Made by a program: the position numbers and the translations under genes
DNA from: Limnothrix sp. BL-A-16
GTDB lineage: Bacteria > Cyanobacteriota > Cyanobacteriia > CACIAM-69d
NCBI GenBank assembly: GCA_041937175.2
Contig: CP166615.1
Span: 2,592,001-2,656,000 of the forward strand
Reading direction: 5' to 3'
DNA length: 64,000 nt
Part shown: in pieces, positions 41,445 to 53,834 of the stretch
Layout: every line of letters begins with the position of its first letter
How positions within the stretch are numbered: position 1 is the first letter of the stretch
The notes under the pieces: generated by a model
What the model was told of the DNA's origin: nothing
The model's database searches: none
Seen by the model: only the letters and a program-made list of their open reading frames with translations

Positions 41445-41843
41445 TTACCAGACGTAGCAGAGGACTTCGCCACCGATGCCCTGCTGACGCGCGTCGCGAT
41501 CGGTCATGATGCCTCGAGAGGTCGAGACGATCGCGATGCCAATACCGCCTAGGACGCGGGGCAAATCGCGGCGATTGGAATAGACACGGAGACCCGGCTT
41601 GCTCACGCGCTTCAGGTTCGAGATGATCGGACGGCGCTGTTTACCCTTGTATTTCAAAGAGATTACGAGCGTCTTCTTCACGCCTTCCCCGGTTTCTTCC
41701 ACTTCGGCGACGAAGCCTTCAGACTTGAGCACCTCGGCGATGCTGCGGGTCATCTTGGTGGCCGGAACTTCCGTTTTTTGGTGACGCGCCAAGCAGGCGT
41801 TTCGAATGCGCGTCAGCATATCTGCGATGGGATCGTTAACCAT
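41445..41843 (-). CDS. rpsH: 30S ribosomal protein S8
   Basis: [30 protein letters not shown]. Confidence 0.97.
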   Translation of the reverse strand: MVNDPIADMLTRIRNACLARHQKTEVPATKMTRSIAEVLKSEGFVAEVEETGEGVKKTLVISLKYKGKQRRPIISNLKRVSKPGLRVYSNRRDLPRVLGGIGIAIVSTSRGIMTDRDARQQGIGGEVLCYVW

Positions 41844-41861
41844 AGTTCGCTCCTTGCAACG

Positions 41862-42407
41862 CTACTTGTCCCGGAACGGCATGCCCATTTCCTTGAGCAG
41901 CGCGCGGCCTTCTTCGTCGGTGGTGGCGGTGGTCGTAATGCAAATGTCCATCCCACGGATTTGGTCGATGCTGTCGTAGCTGATTTCAGGGAAAATCAGC
42001 TGCTCCCGCAGACCTAGGGAATAGTTGCCACGACCATCGAAGCTGTTGGGGCTGACACCACGAAAGTCCCGGATTCGGGGTAGGGACAATCGCACAAGGC
42101 GATCGAGGAAGTCATACATCTTGTCTGAGCGCAGAGTCACCATCATGCCCACGGGCATCCCTTGGCGCAGCTTGAACCCGGCGATCGCCTTTTTGGCGCG
42201 GGTCACGACGGGGCGCTGACCGGTGATGGTGGCCAATTCCACTAGAGAAGACTCCAGGGCCTTGGCATTCTGCGACGCTTCGCCCAAACCACGGTTCACC
42301 GTGATCTTCACCACTTTGGGCACCTGGTGAATGTTCTCGTACCGGAACTGTTCCATCAGTTTCGGCACGATTGTTTCCTTGTAAATGGTTTTCAGTCGTG
42401 CTGGCAT
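41862..42407 (-). CDS. rplE: 50S ribosomal protein L5
   Basis: [35 protein letters not shown]. Confidence 0.96.
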   Translation of the reverse strand: MPARLKTIYKETIVPKLMEQFRYENIHQVPKVVKITVNRGLGEASQNAKALESSLVELATITGQRPVVTRAKKAIAGFKLRQGMPVGMMVTLRSDKMYDFLDRLVRLSLPRIRDFRGVSPNSFDGRGNYSLGLREQLIFPEISYDSIDQIRGMDICITTTATTDEEGRALLKEMGMPFRDK

Positions 42408-42433
42408 GGCTGTTTCAGCGATCGGGCGCAACG

Positions 42434-42802
42434 TTAGTCGATGATTTCGCCAGTTTTAATCAGCTTGCGCACCTTCTTGCCTTGGTCGGTGAAGGTGTAG
42501 CAAACGCGGCTGGCGACCTTTTCTTTTTCGGAATAGTGCAGGACGTTCGAGCTGTGGATCGGGAACTCGCGCACCTCGACTTTGCCCGATTCGCCTTCCT
42601 GGGTTGGCTTGGTGTGCTTGGTCTTTTGGTTCACCCCTTCCACGATCACTTGGCTCGTTTTGGGGAAGACGCGCACAATCTTGCCAACTTTTCCCTTGTC
42701 ACGACCGGAGATCACCTGAACGGTGTCACCCGCTTTGACATGCATTTTGAAGCGCACGGCTTTGCCGTTTGCATTCACTTGAATCTTGCCGGGCTTGGCC
42801 AT
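42434..42802 (-). CDS. rplX: 50S ribosomal protein L24
   Basis: [29 protein letters not shown]. Confidence 0.96.
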   Translation of the reverse strand: MAKPGKIQVNANGKAVRFKMHVKAGDTVQVISGRDKGKVGKIVRVFPKTSQVIVEGVNQKTKHTKPTQEGESGKVEVREFPIHSSNVLHYSEKEKVASRVCYTFTDQGKKVRKLIKTGEIID

Positions 42803-43170
42803 TACAGCACCTCCGGAGCCAGCGAAACGATCTTCAGGTAGTTCTTGTCACGCAGCTCACGAGCCACGGGGCCAAAAACGCGCGTCCCACGGGGGTTGCC
42901 ATCCTTGTTGACGATCACGGCGGCGTTGTCGTCGAAGCGAATGCACATGCCGCTATCGCGTCGGATGGTTTTTCGAGTGCGAACGATCACGGCTCGCACC
43001 ACGTCGGACTTTTTCACTGCCATATTCGGAATGGCATCTTTGACGACGGCGATGATCTCATCACCGACATGGCCGTAGCGACGGTTGCCACCGCCCAGGA
43101 CGCGAATACACATCAGCTTTTTCGCGCCGCTGTTGTCCGCTACGTTCAGATAGGTTTGCTGTTGAATCAT
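42802..43170 (-). CDS. rplN: 50S ribosomal protein L14
   Basis: [28 protein letters not shown]. Confidence 0.97.
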   Translation of the reverse strand: MIQQQTYLNVADNSGAKKLMCIRVLGGGNRRYGHVGDEIIAVVKDAIPNMAVKKSDVVRAVIVRTRKTIRRDSGMCIRFDDNAAVIVNKDGNPRGTRVFGPVARELRDKNYLKIVSLAPEVL

Positions 43171-43187
43171 GGGCGATCGAGCCTCCC

Positions 43188-43436
43188 TTACCGGGTCGCG
43201 CTTTCGAGAACTTCAACGACCGTCCAGCGCTTGGTTTTGCTCAGGGGGCGAGTTTCGCGGATGCGAACCCGATCGCCTTCCTTGCACTGGTTGTCTTCAT
43301 CGTGGGCCTTAAAGCGGCGCGTGCGAACCACAATCTTGCCGTACTTGGAGTGGGCCGAGCGGTTTTCCACCGACACCACCACCGTTTTCTGCATCTTGTC
43401 GCTCACAACAACGCCAACACGTTCTTTGGCAGCCAT
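43188..43436 (-). CDS. rpsQ: 30S ribosomal protein S17
   Basis: [25 protein letters not shown]. Confidence 0.97.
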   Translation of the reverse strand: MAAKERVGVVVSDKMQKTVVVSVENRSAHSKYGKIVVRTRRFKAHDEDNQCKEGDRVRIRETRPLSKTKRWTVVEVLESATR

Positions 43437-43454
43437 AGGGGGTTAACTCCAGAA

Positions 43455-43682
43455 CTACGCTTGGGTTGCTGCTTCGGATGCAGCCGAGAGCTTACGCTCA
43501 TGCTCCACCGTGAGCAGTTGCGCCAACTCATGCTTTGCATGTTTGATTTCGTGCGATTTCACCTCTTGGCGAATCGCCTTCTTCATCCGGAATTGGAACA
43601 GTTGGCGCTTGAGTTCCAAAATGCGATCGCCCAGTTCGGTGTTACTAAGGGCGCGCGCGTCAGCAATCTTCGGGAGAGCCAT
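43455..43682 (-). CDS. rpmC: 50S ribosomal protein L29
   Basis: LKRQLFQFR...[16 protein letters not shown]; lies between rplP and rpsQ. Confidence 0.93.
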   Translation of the reverse strand: MALPKIADARALSNTELGDRILELKRQLFQFRMKKAIRQEVKSHEIKHAKHELAQLLTVEHERKLSAASEAATQA

Positions 43683-43688
43683 AGGGCA

Positions 43689-44108
43689 TTACGACTGGAT
43701 GTCTTCGCGAACAATAAACTTGGTCTTCACGGGCATCTTGAACGCGGCCAGGCGCATTGCTTCGCGAGCCGTCTCTTCAGCAACACCCTTGATTTCGTAC
43801 AGGATCCGACCGGGCTTGATCACGGCCACCCAGAACTCCGGTGCCCCCTTACCGGAACCCATCCGGGTTTCTGCGGGGCGCATGGTCACGGGCTTATCCG
43901 GGAAGACGCGGATCCAGATTTTGCCGCCCCGACGGATGTAACGGGTCATGGCTCGACGACCGGCTTCGATTTGGCGAGCCGTAATCCAGCCGCATTCCAG
44001 CGATTGCAGGGCAAAATCCCCAAAATTCAGCGAACTGCCCCGAGTGGCGAGGCCCCGCATCCGGCCGCGTTGTTGCTTGCGGAATTTTGTTCTTCTTGGA
44101 CTGAGCAT
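43689..44108 (-). CDS. rplP: 50S ribosomal protein L16
   Basis: [25 protein letters not shown]. Confidence 0.97.
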   Translation of the reverse strand: MLSPRRTKFRKQQRGRMRGLATRGSSLNFGDFALQSLECGWITARQIEAGRRAMTRYIRRGGKIWIRVFPDKPVTMRPAETRMGSGKGAPEFWVAVIKPGRILYEIKGVAEETAREAMRLAAFKMPVKTKFIVREDIQS

Positions 44109-44111
44109 GGA

Positions 44112-44843
44112 TTATTCCTCGTTCGAGCGGTCTTCAAACTGCTGACGACGACGGGGCTGGCGACGACGCGGCGCAGGCTGATTCGCCGGGGCCACTTCCT
44201 CTTGTCCAGGAATGATCTCGCCCTTGAACACCCACACCTTGATCCCCAACACCCCATAGATGGTGCTGGCGGTGCGATAGCTGTAGTCAATGTCCGCCCG
44301 CAGGGTATGCAGGGGCACGCGACCTTCCCGCGTCCATTCCGATCGGGCAATTTCTGCACCGTTCAAACGACCGCCGACTTGGATTTTGATCCCTTCGATA
44401 CCAGCGCGCTGGGCCCGTTGGATCGCCTGGCGGACAACCCGCCGGAACGACACCCGCCGCTCCAGTTGCTGGGCGATGTACTCGGCAATCAAGGTGGCAT
44501 CGGCATCGACGCGGGCCACTTCGATCACGTTGATCCGAATCTGGCGATCGCGGCTACCCAGCAGGTTTTGCAGACCGACTCGCAGGGTTTCAATCCCGCT
44601 GCCGCCCCGGCCCACGACCACACCCGGACGAGCAGTGTGAACTTCGAGATCGATTTGGTCAGCCTTGCGCTCAATCCGTACCTTGGCAATGCCGGCATTG
44701 TTCAGGTTCTTCTCAACGTATTGCCGGATTTTGTGGTCTTCCTGCAACAGGCTGGAATAACGCGACGGATCTGCAAACCAGCGCGAGCGGTGCTCTTGGG
44801 TAATGCCGAGTCGCAGGCCGACGGGGTGAATTTTCTGTCCCAT
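44112..44843 (-). CDS. rpsC: 30S ribosomal protein S3
   Basis: [34 protein letters not shown]. Confidence 0.97.
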   Translation of the reverse strand: MGQKIHPVGLRLGITQEHRSRWFADPSRYSSLLQEDHKIRQYVEKNLNNAGIAKVRIERKADQIDLEVHTARPGVVVGRGGSGIETLRVGLQNLLGSRDRQIRINVIEVARVDADATLIAEYIAQQLERRVSFRRVVRQAIQRAQRAGIEGIKIQVGGRLNGAEIARSEWTREGRVPLHTLRADIDYSYRTASTIYGVLGIKVWVFKGEIIPGQEEVAPANQPAPRRRQPRRRQQFEDRSNEE

Positions 44844-44864
44844 GGTTTCCTCGTCTCCTTATGC

Positions 44865-45221
44865 TTAGGCTTCTGCCGCCGGAGCAACCGCCACGGTGAT
44901 GTGGCAGGTGGGCTTGCGGATTTGGTAGGCGCGACCTTGGGCGCGAGGGCGGAATCGCTTCAGGGTGGGGCCCTGATCAGCGAAGGCCGTGCTCACTACC
45001 AAGGAGGTAGCATCGAAACCGTTGTTGTTTTCTGCATTGGCAGCAGCCGATCGCAGCAACTTGCGAACGATTTCGCAGGCGCGATAGGGCATAAATTGCA
45101 GAATAATCAGCGCTTCGGCGTAGCTGCGACCACGGATTTGGTCGAGGACGCGGCGAACTTTGCGGGGGGACATCCGCACGAAGCGCACGCTTGCTTTGAC
45201 TTCGTTGGGACTAAGTGCCAT
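44865..45221 (-). CDS. rplV: 50S ribosomal protein L22
   Basis: [29 protein letters not shown]. Confidence 0.97.
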   Translation of the reverse strand: MALSPNEVKASVRFVRMSPRKVRRVLDQIRGRSYAEALIILQFMPYRACEIVRKLLRSAAANAENNNGFDATSLVVSTAFADQGPTLKRFRPRAQGRAYQIRKPTCHITVAVAPAAEA

Positions 45222-45242
45222 ATCTGAGCGATCCTCCGGGGG

Positions 45243-45521
45243 TTACTTGCGTCCTTTCTTGTCGCCCTTGGTGTGGCCTTTGAAGGTGCGCGTGGGAGCA
45301 AATTCCCCCAGCTTGTGGCCCACCATTTGCTCGTTGACGTACACGGGGACGTGTTGCCGGCCGTTGTGGACGGCGATCGTGTGACCCACCATTTGCGGCA
45401 GGATCGTGGAAGCCCGTGACCAGGTTTTGATCACTTGCTTTTCGCCCTTGACGTTCAGCGCTTCTACTTTTTTGAGCAGCTTGTCAGCAACGAAGGGACC
45501 TTTTTTCAGAGAACGAGACAT
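45243..45521 (-). CDS. rpsS: 30S ribosomal protein S19
   Basis: [28 protein letters not shown]. Confidence 0.97.
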   Translation of the reverse strand: MSRSLKKGPFVADKLLKKVEALNVKGEKQVIKTWSRASTILPQMVGHTIAVHNGRQHVPVYVNEQMVGHKLGEFAPTRTFKGHTKGDKKGRK

Positions 45522-45619
45522 ACGCTTTAGGAACTCTTAGGGATTCGCGATCTCAAGCAGCGATCGCCCAGGACTGGAGGGTTAAACCAACGGGCGGGCG
45601 ATCGCCACACTGAAAAAAC

Positions 45620-46483
45620 CTATGCGTTGCGACCGCCGCGACCGCGCTTGGACGACTTACGACGACGACGCACAATGAGTTTGGTGCTGGCTTTCCGCTT
45701 GTCGCGGGTTTTGCGACCCAAAGCGGGTTTACCCCAAGGGGTCACCGGGCCAGAACGCCCAATGGGCGCACGACCTTCACCACCACCGTGGGGGTGATCC
45801 ACCGGGTTCATGACGCTACCGCGCACTTCCGGACGGCGACCCAACCAACGCTTGCGGCCGGCTTTACCCAGGCTCAGGTTGCGGTGTTCGGAGTTGCCGA
45901 CGCTGCCGATGGTGGCCATGCACTCTTTACGGACTTTGCGCACTTCCGTGGAAGGCAGCTTCAAGGTGACGTAGTTGCCTTCTTTGGCGACCACTTCAGC
46001 ACCGGAACCCGCAGAACGGGCCATTTGCGCACCGCGACCCGCCACCAACTCAATGTTGTGGACGGTCGTACCCAAGGGCATGTTGGCCAAGGGCAGCGCA
46101 TTACCCACTTCGATCGGGGAATCGGGACCCGCCACGATCGTTTGGCCCACTTGCAGACCAACGGGGGTGATGATGTAGCGCTTTTCGCCGTCTTCGTATT
46201 GCACCAACGAAATGCGCGCATTCCGGTTGGGGTCATACTCGATCGACAGCACTTCAGCGGTCATGCCCAGCTTGTCGCGCTTGAAGTCGATCTTCCGGTA
46301 CAGACGCTTGTGGCCACCGCCCCGGTGACGACAGGTGATCCGGCCCAGGTTGTTGCGACCCTTGCGGCGGTGCTTGTAAGAAGTCAGGGACTTTTCGGGT
46401 TCGCTGCGGGTAATTTCCGCAAAGTCAGCCACGCTGGCTTGACGAACCCCGGGGGTATAAGGACGGAAGGTACGAATTGGCAT
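45620..46483 (-). CDS. rplB: 50S ribosomal protein L2
   Basis: [30 protein letters not shown]. Confidence 0.97.
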   Translation of the reverse strand: MPIRTFRPYTPGVRQASVADFAEITRSEPEKSLTSYKHRRKGRNNLGRITCRHRGGGHKRLYRKIDFKRDKLGMTAEVLSIEYDPNRNARISLVQYEDGEKRYIITPVGLQVGQTIVAGPDSPIEVGNALPLANMPLGTTVHNIELVAGRGAQMARSAGSGAEVVAKEGNYVTLKLPSTEVRKVRKECMATIGSVGNSEHRNLSLGKAGRKRWLGRRPEVRGSVMNPVDHPHGGGEGRAPIGRSGPVTPWGKPALGRKTRDKRKASTKLIVRRRRKSSKRGRGGRNA

Positions 46484-46504
46484 CGTCTTAAAACTCCTTC
46501 AGCG

Positions 46505-46831
46505 CTAGACTTCGGGGAACAGTTGAATCGAACTGCCTTCGGCCAGCGTGACGATCGCCCGCTTCACCTGAGGACGGTAACCCGACAGCCGACCCATTTT
46601 GCGGGTCTTGCGCGGCGGGTTGTAGGTGTTGACCTTCTGGACTTTCACCTCAAACAGACCCTCGATCGCTGCCTTGATGTCCAGCTTGTTGGCGCGGGGA
46701 TCCACGTCAAACACGTACTGGTTGTTTTCCAGCAAAATCGTGGCCTTTTCGGTGATGATCGGCCGGCGAACCACATCCGCCAACGTGCGATCGTCCAAGC
46801 GCGTTTTGTACTTAGGAGTGCGCTTAATCAT
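46505..46831 (-). CDS. rplW: 50S ribosomal protein L23
   Basis: [22 protein letters not shown]. Confidence 0.95.
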   Translation of the reverse strand: MIKRTPKYKTRLDDRTLADVVRRPIITEKATILLENNQYVFDVDPRANKLDIKAAIEGLFEVKVQKVNTYNPPRKTRKMGRLSGYRPQVKRAIVTLAEGSSIQLFPEV

Positions 46832-47459
46832 CGCCGTAAACCTCCTTGATCTTCTCCAGCGCGTCCGCCGTCACCACCACCTTGTCGGCATTCAGCAGGT
46901 CGAACACATTCAGGTTCGTTGCCAAAATCAACCGCAGGCTTTGGACGTTCCGGGCCGACAGCCAAACATTTTCATCTTGGTCAGCCACAATCAACAGCAC
47001 CTTCTGGCTCGCATCCACATCCCAACGGGCGAGAGCGGCCAACAGGTCTTTGGTCTTGGGCTGGCTGAGTTGGCTGGCAAAGTTTTCCACCACCACCAAA
47101 TCATCCAAGCGACCTTGGAACGCCGTGCGCAGGGCCAGGCGGCGCTCCTTCCGGTTCATCTTTTGCGAGTAGTCGCGGGGCTTGGGGCCAAAGATCACAC
47201 CACCACCACGCCACAGGGGAGAGCGGTTCGAGCCAGCACGGGCACGACCGGTTCCCTTTTGCCGCCAGGGCTTGCGACCACCACCGCGCACTTCCGAACG
47301 GGTCTTGGTGCTGACAGTACCTTGGCGAGCGTTCGCCAATTGACGCACCAAAGCCCGGTGCACAATGTGCTGGGCATTTTCTTCACGGGCGACGCGCAAG
47401 TCTAGCTCGGTCTTGCCGGCTTCCTTACCGTCCCAATCTTTCACAATGCAGTTGACCAT
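46824..47459 (-). CDS. rplD: 50S ribosomal protein L4
   Basis: [30 protein letters not shown]. Confidence 0.97.
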   Translation of the reverse strand: MVNCIVKDWDGKEAGKTELDLRVAREENAQHIVHRALVRQLANARQGTVSTKTRSEVRGGGRKPWRQKGTGRARAGSNRSPLWRGGGVIFGPKPRDYSQKMNRKERRLALRTAFQGRLDDLVVVENFASQLSQPKTKDLLAALARWDVDASQKVLLIVADQDENVWLSARNVQSLRLILATNLNVFDLLNADKVVVTADALEKIKEVYGDD

Positions 47460-47499
47460 TGCTGTGCTCCACGTTCGACGGACTTACGGGCGATCGCGC

Positions 47500-48144
47500 T
47501 TACTTTTGACGACCCACCAGGTTGGACGGTGCAATGCTGACCAGCGTCCCCGGTTTGCCCGGAACCGCACCCTTGATCAACACGATGTTGCGATCGGGGT
47601 CGATCCGCACAACCGTCAGCTTCTTGACCGTCACACGCTCATTGCCCATCCGGCCAGCCATGCGCTTACCGGGATAGACACGACCGGGGGTCGTACCCGC
47701 ACCCGTCGAACCGGGCAGACGGTGGTTTTTGGAACCGTGAGACATCGGCCCGCGACCGAAGTTGTGGCGCTTTTGGTAACCCGCAAAACCGCGACCAATG
47801 CTGTTCCCCGTCACGTCAACGATTTGACCGACTTCGATGCAGCGATCGGCGCGAATTTCTTCACCAAGGGCAAAACCAGCCACATCCGCCAAGCGGTATT
47901 CCCGCAGGTGACGCAGGGGCTTTGCATTGGCCTTGCTCAGGTGGCCAATTTCCGGCTTGCTGAGGGACTTTTCTTTGACTTCTTGAAAACCCAACTGAAC
48001 GGCCGTGTAGCCATCAGTCTCTTTGGTTTTGATTTGCGTAACGGTACAGGGGCCCGCTTGGATGACCGTTACCGGGATGGCCCGGCCCGTTTCATCGAAG
48101 ACTTGGGTCATGCCCAGCTTCGTACCTAGAATGCCAAGAGACAT
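47500..48144 (-). CDS. rplC: 50S ribosomal protein L3
   Basis: [28 protein letters not shown]. Confidence 0.97.
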   Translation of the reverse strand: MSLGILGTKLGMTQVFDETGRAIPVTVIQAGPCTVTQIKTKETDGYTAVQLGFQEVKEKSLSKPEIGHLSKANAKPLRHLREYRLADVAGFALGEEIRADRCIEVGQIVDVTGNSIGRGFAGYQKRHNFGRGPMSHGSKNHRLPGSTGAGTTPGRVYPGKRMAGRMGNERVTVKKLTVVRIDPDRNIVLIKGAVPGKPGTLVSIAPSNLVGRQK

Positions 48145-48530
48145 GGCGTTCTCCTTAGACTAGGGATGGTTAGGAGAGTCCTCCCCTCTAGCGTCAACCA
48201 GCCGCAACAAGAGCGCTTCTAGCACGTAAGGGCCAGAAGCACTTTCCCGACGGACTTTGAGTTTTGGGCACTCTGATTGACGTAGACTGACCGCTTATCT
48301 GCGCTGAGGAATCCTTGAGATTTTCAGTGCTCGGATGTCAGTCAACCGAGGGAAGATTTTGCGCTGGAGCGGTTTGCATCGTTGCAGCGCGTTTGCTTGC
48401 TAGGACTTAAGCAGCGATCTGCTCAGTATCCGGTTCAGCAAAAGTTGCCTGGAAAATTTGCCAGCTCGGCAAAGGTTGTGGTTTTAAGGTTGCGTAGCGC
48501 AGGAAACCACAATTTTGGCAACGGTTCAAT

Positions 48531-48559
48531 ATTATAGGGGTGTGGCAGGCTTTTGTCTA
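48531..48559 (-). promoter_or_regulatory. Sigma70-type promoter of the rplC operon
   Basis: Minus strand TAGACA (48559-48554), 17-bp spacer, TATAAT (48536-48531). Confidence 0.7.
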
Positions 48560-48632
48560 GCAATTGATGATTTTGCTACAAAACATGGCAACACACCCCT
48601 TGTCCCTTAGGTTAAAAATGGGGGCGAATGCT

Positions 48633-50789
48633 TTACCCCTTCACGATCGCCCCGAAATCTCCGAGCACCCTGGCATGATTCCGCAACAGGCCCAGCAGGT
48701 TCAGCCGGTTACGCCGTACCGCCTCGTCATCTACCATCACCATCACGCTTTCGGAACCATCAAAGAAGTTCGCGACCACGGCCGCCGCCTGAGCCAGTTG
48801 ATCGGCTAGGGGTTGGTAGTTACGGGTTTGGCGAGTGGCTTGGGTGATGGGCAACAGAGCAACTAGGGCATCATAAAACGCCTGTTCTGAAGGTTGCTCA
48901 AACAAGGCGGGCTTCACGGAAGCGGCGGGATCCAGATCGCTGAAGTTGAGATCGCCCTTGGTGGCCAGCTTGGAGGCGCGGTTAATGGTGGCATAAAGAT
49001 TAACCAATTGCCCCGATCGCCGCAGGGATTGCAAAAACTGCGCCCGTTGCAACACGTCGGCGGGGTCGTAGAGGGCCCGCAGGGCCGCATCCCGATCGCC
49101 CGGTTCTCCAACAACTGCCAAGGCCAAATCGTAATCAATGCCTTGCTCATCTTCGAGCAGGCTGCGGAACCGTTGCACGAAGAATTCTGCCAGTTGTGTC
49201 CCCATGCCAGACTCTGCCCAGCGATCGACCGATTCCGGCTCAATCAACGATTCCAAATTCAGAGACCAACCGGCATCCCAAATGATGTTCACCACGGCGT
49301 TGGCGGCCCGGCGCAGGGCAAAGGGATCGGAAGATCCGCTGGGCAGCAGGCCAATTCGGAACAGGCTGCACAGGGTATCGAGCCGATCGGCCAGGGCCAC
49401 AATGCGCCCGGTTTGGCTGCGGGGCAAGGCATCGCCCGCGCCTTTGGGTAGGTAATGCTCCCCGATCGCCACCGCCACCGCTGCCGGTTCCCCGCTGGCC
49501 CGGGCATACTTCTCGCCCATAATGCCTTGCAGCTCCGGGAACTCGAATACCATGCTGGTCACCAAGTCTGCTTTGCAAAGCAGGGCGGCCCAGTTCACCA
49601 AGTCCCGATCATCCGCCGACAATTGCAGTTGGTGGCAGAGCCGATCGGCCATGGATACGATCCGATCGACCTTGGCCCGCATACTGCCCAATTGGTCTTG
49701 GAAGGTGACCGTTTCCAATTTGGCCAAGTAACTTTCCAAAGGCTTGGCAATATCGGCCTTGTAGAAATACTGGCCATCGCTGAGGCGGGCCCGCACGACC
49801 CGTCCATTGCCCTCGGCGATGATGGCGGCCTTGGTCGGATCCCCATTACTGATGGTGATGAAGTTGGGCAACAGTTGATCGGGCTGGCCCGGTTGATGAA
49901 CGGGGAAATAGCGCTGATGGGTGACCATGACGGTTTTGGTCACTTCCGACGGCAGCTCCAAAAATTCTTGATCAAAGCCACCAATCACCGCCGTGGGGAA
50001 TTCCACCAAGTCCCGCACTTCTTCTAGCAAATCGGGGTCAATTTCCGCTTCTCCACCCAGTTGGGCCGCTGCGGCCTGGGTTTGCTGAATGATCAGCGCC
50101 TGCCGTTGATCGGGATTCACCAGCACGGAAGCCGCTGCCAGGGTGGCCACATAGTCGGTGGCCTGAGCGATCGAGACCGGTGCAGGATGCAACACCCGGT
50201 GTCCCGTCGTGACTCGATCGGCCGTCAGCACCTCCGCCGGGCGCGTTTCGGTAGCCGCTCGCACGGTCAAAGACACCGGCAACACTTGATCATCCCAAAG
50301 GGCAATCAGGCTGCGAATGGGCCGGGGGAATCGGAATTCGCCATCTCCCCAGCGCATAAACCGCTTCCCTTCAAGGGCCAGCACCCATTGGGGAGCCAAT
50401 TCCTGCAAGAGATCAGGGGTCGATCGCCCCGCCGTGAACACTTCCGCAAAAACAAATTCACCCTTGTCCGTGGCTCGCAACTCCAAATCGCTCAGGGCCA
50501 CACCGTTTTTGCGCGCAAATCCTTCGGCGGCCTTGGTGGGTTGCCCATCCTTGAAGGCCGCACTGGCCGGCGGCCCTTTGACCGCTTCCCGGCGATCGGG
50601 CTGGCGATCGGGCAACCCTTCAATCACCAGGGCCAAGCGGCGCGGCGTGGCAAACACCTGCACCGATGTGGCGCTTAGGTTGGCTTCCGCCAAGCTCTGG
50701 GGCAAGCGATCGCGCCACTGGCGCACCGCACTGGCCACAAAACTTGCGGGTAATTCTTCAGTGCCGACCTCAAACAAAAAAGCAGGCAT
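48633..50789 (-). CDS. glyS: Glycine--tRNA ligase beta subunit
   Basis: [50 protein letters not shown]. Confidence 0.96.
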   Translation of the reverse strand: MPAFLFEVGTEELPASFVASAVRQWRDRLPQSLAEANLSATSVQVFATPRRLALVIEGLPDRQPDRREAVKGPPASAAFKDGQPTKAAEGFARKNGVALSDLELRATDKGEFVFAEVFTAGRSTPDLLQELAPQWVLALEGKRFMRWGDGEFRFPRPIRSLIALWDDQVLPVSLTVRAATETRPAEVLTADRVTTGHRVLHPAPVSIAQATDYVATLAAASVLVNPDQRQALIIQQTQAAAAQLGGEAEIDPDLLEEVRDLVEFPTAVIGGFDQEFLELPSEVTKTVMVTHQRYFPVHQPGQPDQLLPNFITISNGDPTKAAIIAEGNGRVVRARLSDGQYFYKADIAKPLESYLAKLETVTFQDQLGSMRAKVDRIVSMADRLCHQLQLSADDRDLVNWAALLCKADLVTSMVFEFPELQGIMGEKYARASGEPAAVAVAIGEHYLPKGAGDALPRSQTGRIVALADRLDTLCSLFRIGLLPSGSSDPFALRRAANAVVNIIWDAGWSLNLESLIEPESVDRWAESGMGTQLAEFFVQRFRSLLEDEQGIDYDLALAVVGEPGDRDAALRALYDPADVLQRAQFLQSLRRSGQLVNLYATINRASKLATKGDLNFSDLDPAASVKPALFEQPSEQAFYDALVALLPITQATRQTRNYQPLADQLAQAAAVVANFFDGSESVMVMVDDEAVRRNRLNLLGLLRNHARVLGDFGAIVKG

Positions 50790-50974
50790 GGGAGCGCTGG
50801 AACTCGATGAACAGACTTGAAAAACCTAGCAGATCGCCAGCATAAACGATCCGAAACCATCCGACTGAGGGCGATTGTTTCATTGCCTTGCCTTCATTGC
50901 CTTGCCTTTGTGGACTGGCCTTCGTTAGCGCACCCGGACAGAAGCTTGGCCAAGCAACTCAGTTGCATCAACCG

Positions 50975-51652
50975 TCAGCCACCCTGGGTACGCCCCAGCC
51001 ACAGAATGCCCGCAATTACCAGTGTCACCAGCAGCAGCCCAAAGCCCAAAAAGCGATTCTCATGGACAATCAGGGCCGGATCGATCGGCTTTGGCTCGGG
51101 CATGGGACGCGATCGGGGCGATCGGCTCGGAGCCTGACCGGTGGCCGCCTTGAACCCCGCACCATCCGCCGCCTCCAAGCTCGACAGATCAGGAATTTCC
51201 GTCAACCATTCCGGGCGCTTGCTCAACACGGGCGCTTCCAAAATGGCCAACAACCGGCGAGCTTGCGATCGGGTTTCCAGGTGGGGATGTTTGGTCAGTT
51301 GCCGACACAATTGCAGCGCTGCATCTTGCAGGCCCGCCGCCTCATAGGCCGTCACCAACCACACCTGCATTTCCCCCCCCAAGCGCCCATTGGCCGGCAA
51401 CAGCGCCGCACCCGTTTCCAAAGACTCGATCGCCTCGCGATAGCGCCCTGCCTCAAACAGCATCCGCCCCTGGTCATAAAGTGTTTGGGCCCGATCTAGG
51501 GTCATGGCCTCAAAATCCGTTACCGGCTTTGGGTCGGCCGTCTCTGGCTCCATACCGGTTTCCACAGCACTCGCCCCCGATGCAGGGTTTAGCGATGAAT
51601 TCAGCGAGTGAAAGACTGCTTCTTGATCTGGTTGATCTTGCTCTGCCGCCAC
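50975..51652 (-). CDS. TPR-like protein with C-terminal TM anchor
   Basis: YDQGRMLFEAGRYREAI...GGEMQVWLVTAYEAAG...ILEAPVL; start uncertain. Confidence 0.75.
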   Translation of the reverse strand: MAAEQDQPDQEAVFHSLNSSLNPASGASAVETGMEPETADPKPVTDFEAMTLDRAQTLYDQGRMLFEAGRYREAIESLETGAALLPANGRLGGEMQVWLVTAYEAAGLQDAALQLCRQLTKHPHLETRSQARRLLAILEAPVLSKRPEWLTEIPDLSSLEAADGAGFKAATGQAPSRSPRSRPMPEPKPIDPALIVHENRFLGFGLLLVTLVIAGILWLGRTQGG

Positions 51653-51779
51653 GCGATCGCCTCAAATTCCTCTCGGTTCAGAGCCTTTAGTGTAACGCCG
51701 TGCTCCATAACTCTTTACGCAGCGGCAAGACCTTGGGTTAATCTTAAGGGGCATTTTTTGAGAAATACCACCGCGCGCT

Positions 51780-52277
51780 ATGAAACGGCCGCTTGCGATC
51801 GCCGCCCTCACCAGCCTTGGCCTTGGTTTGGCAGGACTGCACATCAACGCCCAAGCCCAAGACCGCAGTGCCCCCGTGGTGGAATGTCGCCGCCCCGTGC
51901 CCCTGATGCCCGTTGGTGGCAATGACCCCGAAGTGGTGAAGCGGGTTTCGGCCCCTAGCCTGCTGTTCACGCGTAACAATTGGAACACCGATTTTGTGGT
52001 TCCCAGCAATCAAAGCTTTACCAGTTTTCGAGTCAACCTGTTTTTCAAAGACTCCGGCAGCTATCAATCTGAAATGTTTCTCAAATATGGGGACAGCAGC
52101 AACGATCAGTTCTATGACGAACGGGTAAATGCTGAGACAAATCAACTGGTACAAGTGCCTGCTTATCCACGTCGTCGTCCCGGCCAAAATATTCAACCGT
52201 TCCAGGTGAACGTGAAGGTGGGTAACACAGGATCGATCGGGAAAGTATATGTCGTTTCGGTGGATGCTTGCCGTTAG
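51780..52277 (+). CDS. Hypothetical exported protein
   Basis: Signal peptide ending NAQA; RNNWNTDFVVP; two Cys near the termini. Confidence 0.7.
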   Translation: MKRPLAIAALTSLGLGLAGLHINAQAQDRSAPVVECRRPVPLMPVGGNDPEVVKRVSAPSLLFTRNNWNTDFVVPSNQSFTSFRVNLFFKDSGSYQSEMFLKYGDSSNDQFYDERVNAETNQLVQVPAYPRRRPGQNIQPFQVNVKVGNTGSIGKVYVVSVDACR

Positions 52278-53788
52278 TTTTTAGGGGCTTCTTCTAACCA
52301 ATAGACCAGCATTTCTCCTCGACCTTTCACAGCAATTAACCCCCGCTGAGTTAATCGATAAAGGCTCGCTTCTCCCCCCAGGCGATCGAATACCGCTTGC
52401 GTCACTTGGATTTTGCCCGGCAATCCTTGGGACTCCATTCGGCTGGCCACATTCACCGTGTCCCCCCACAGATCGTAAGCGAACTTTCGCAGCCCAATCA
52501 CGCCCGCCACCACCGGCCCCGAATGGAGACCAACCCGAATCGAGAGGGGGTAGCGGGACGTTTGATTCAATTGTTCCATCGCCCGTTGCATGGCCAACGC
52601 CATATCTGCCGCCGCCGCCGCGTGGTTCGGATTGGGATTCGGCAAGCCCGCCGCCGCCATGTAGGCATCCCCAATGGTCTTGATCTTTTCAAGACCATGG
52701 AACTCCGCCAATTGATCAAAGAGCGAAAACATTCGATTCAGCAACTCAATCGTTTCGCCCGGTTGCAGTTGCGAAGCCAGGGGCGTAAATCCCACTAAAT
52801 CTGCAAATAAAACCGTCACCTCTGGAAATAAGTCCGCAATCTGGGCTGAGTCGATCAAGAGTCGATCGGCAACACTACGGGGCAAAATATTCGTCAACAA
52901 TTGATCCGATCGCCGCTGTTCTTGGCGCAATTGTTTGCGAACTTCAAATTCCGTTCGCGATAGCCGTTCATAGAGACCAACCACCAAGGTTGACATCAAG
53001 GAAATCCAAACCATATCAAACAAAACTTGCCCAGGATCCAAAGGATCTGGAAAGATTGGCTGTCCCATCAAACCATTGGTCAAAAAATAGTTCACATAGG
53101 CAATCAGATGAGAAATCAGATGCCAATGCCAACGAAAGGGCAACACAGCCGCAATACTAAAAAAGCCCAATGTCCAACCCTTCAAATCGGGCATGACCGG
53201 TGTGCCCCAGTGGCTGGGTAAATTGGTCACCACCGAAATCGTGGTTGAAAGTAGTAAAAATAAACCAAATTGGGATGAAAAAATAACCGGATCCAAGCTC
53301 AAGCGCTCCGGTCGCTTCGACTGAATCAGCGGTGGCAATTTTCCACCCTGGCTTAAGGGCTTTGGGGTGATATTTTTAGGAGTCGTTTGCTGAGCAGCAG
53401 CAGGATAGGCCGAAATCGACGCAGGAGCCAAATATCGTTCAGTTAAAGACTGGGTTTCACGGCTGCCCGCAGCAATTAAAACAATCGCCATCAAATGGCG
53501 AATCAAGCGCACACTGAGCAGATCGCCTTTACTGGATTCCTCAAAGGCAATCAGAATTGAGAACGTGCTGAAATAAATGACTCCTAGGCGAAATCCCAGC
53601 ATCAAGCGCTGGTGAATCAGTGCCGATCGCCAGGCAACATAACTATCAAATTCCGCTTCATTGAGATGTCGCCCATCTCCCAAGAGGAGGTTTATGGAAC
53701 GGGTTAACCAAGCGCGCAACAGACTACGAAAGGATGGGCTACCTCTAGGGCGATTGCGCCAAATCCGTCGCCAAGGGGTCAAGGGCAC
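52274..53788 (-). CDS. Membrane-bound class III adenylate cyclase
   Basis: Multiple TMs; VTVLFADLVGFT, EKIKTIGDAYM, YDLWGDTVNVASRMES (K/D residues indicate ATP specificity); start uncertain. Confidence 0.88.
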   Translation of the reverse strand: MPLTPWRRIWRNRPRGSPSFRSLLRAWLTRSINLLLGDGRHLNEAEFDSYVAWRSALIHQRLMLGFRLGVIYFSTFSILIAFEESSKGDLLSVRLIRHLMAIVLIAAGSRETQSLTERYLAPASISAYPAAAQQTTPKNITPKPLSQGGKLPPLIQSKRPERLSLDPVIFSSQFGLFLLLSTTISVVTNLPSHWGTPVMPDLKGWTLGFFSIAAVLPFRWHWHLISHLIAYVNYFLTNGLMGQPIFPDPLDPGQVLFDMVWISLMSTLVVGLYERLSRTEFEVRKQLRQEQRRSDQLLTNILPRSVADRLLIDSAQIADLFPEVTVLFADLVGFTPLASQLQPGETIELLNRMFSLFDQLAEFHGLEKIKTIGDAYMAAAGLPNPNPNHAAAAADMALAMQRAMEQLNQTSRYPLSIRVGLHSGPVVAGVIGLRKFAYDLWGDTVNVASRMESQGLPGKIQVTQAVFDRLGGEASLYRLTQRGLIAVKGRGEMLVYWLEEAPKN

Positions 53789-53834
53789 AGCAAGAGCAAG
53801 AGCAGGGAGAGATCGGAAAGTTTTGAAATTTTAA

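Noticed and set aside
43302..45227. 641-aa plus-strand ORF (also 45788-46849 and similar)
   Set aside because: Antisense shadows of strongly codon-biased ribosomal protein genes, with no recognisable motifs.
32250..48144. Absence of rpsJ, rpsN, rpmD and rpsD from the ribosomal cluster
   Set aside because: Normal cyanobacterial arrangement, not a loss peculiar to this genome.
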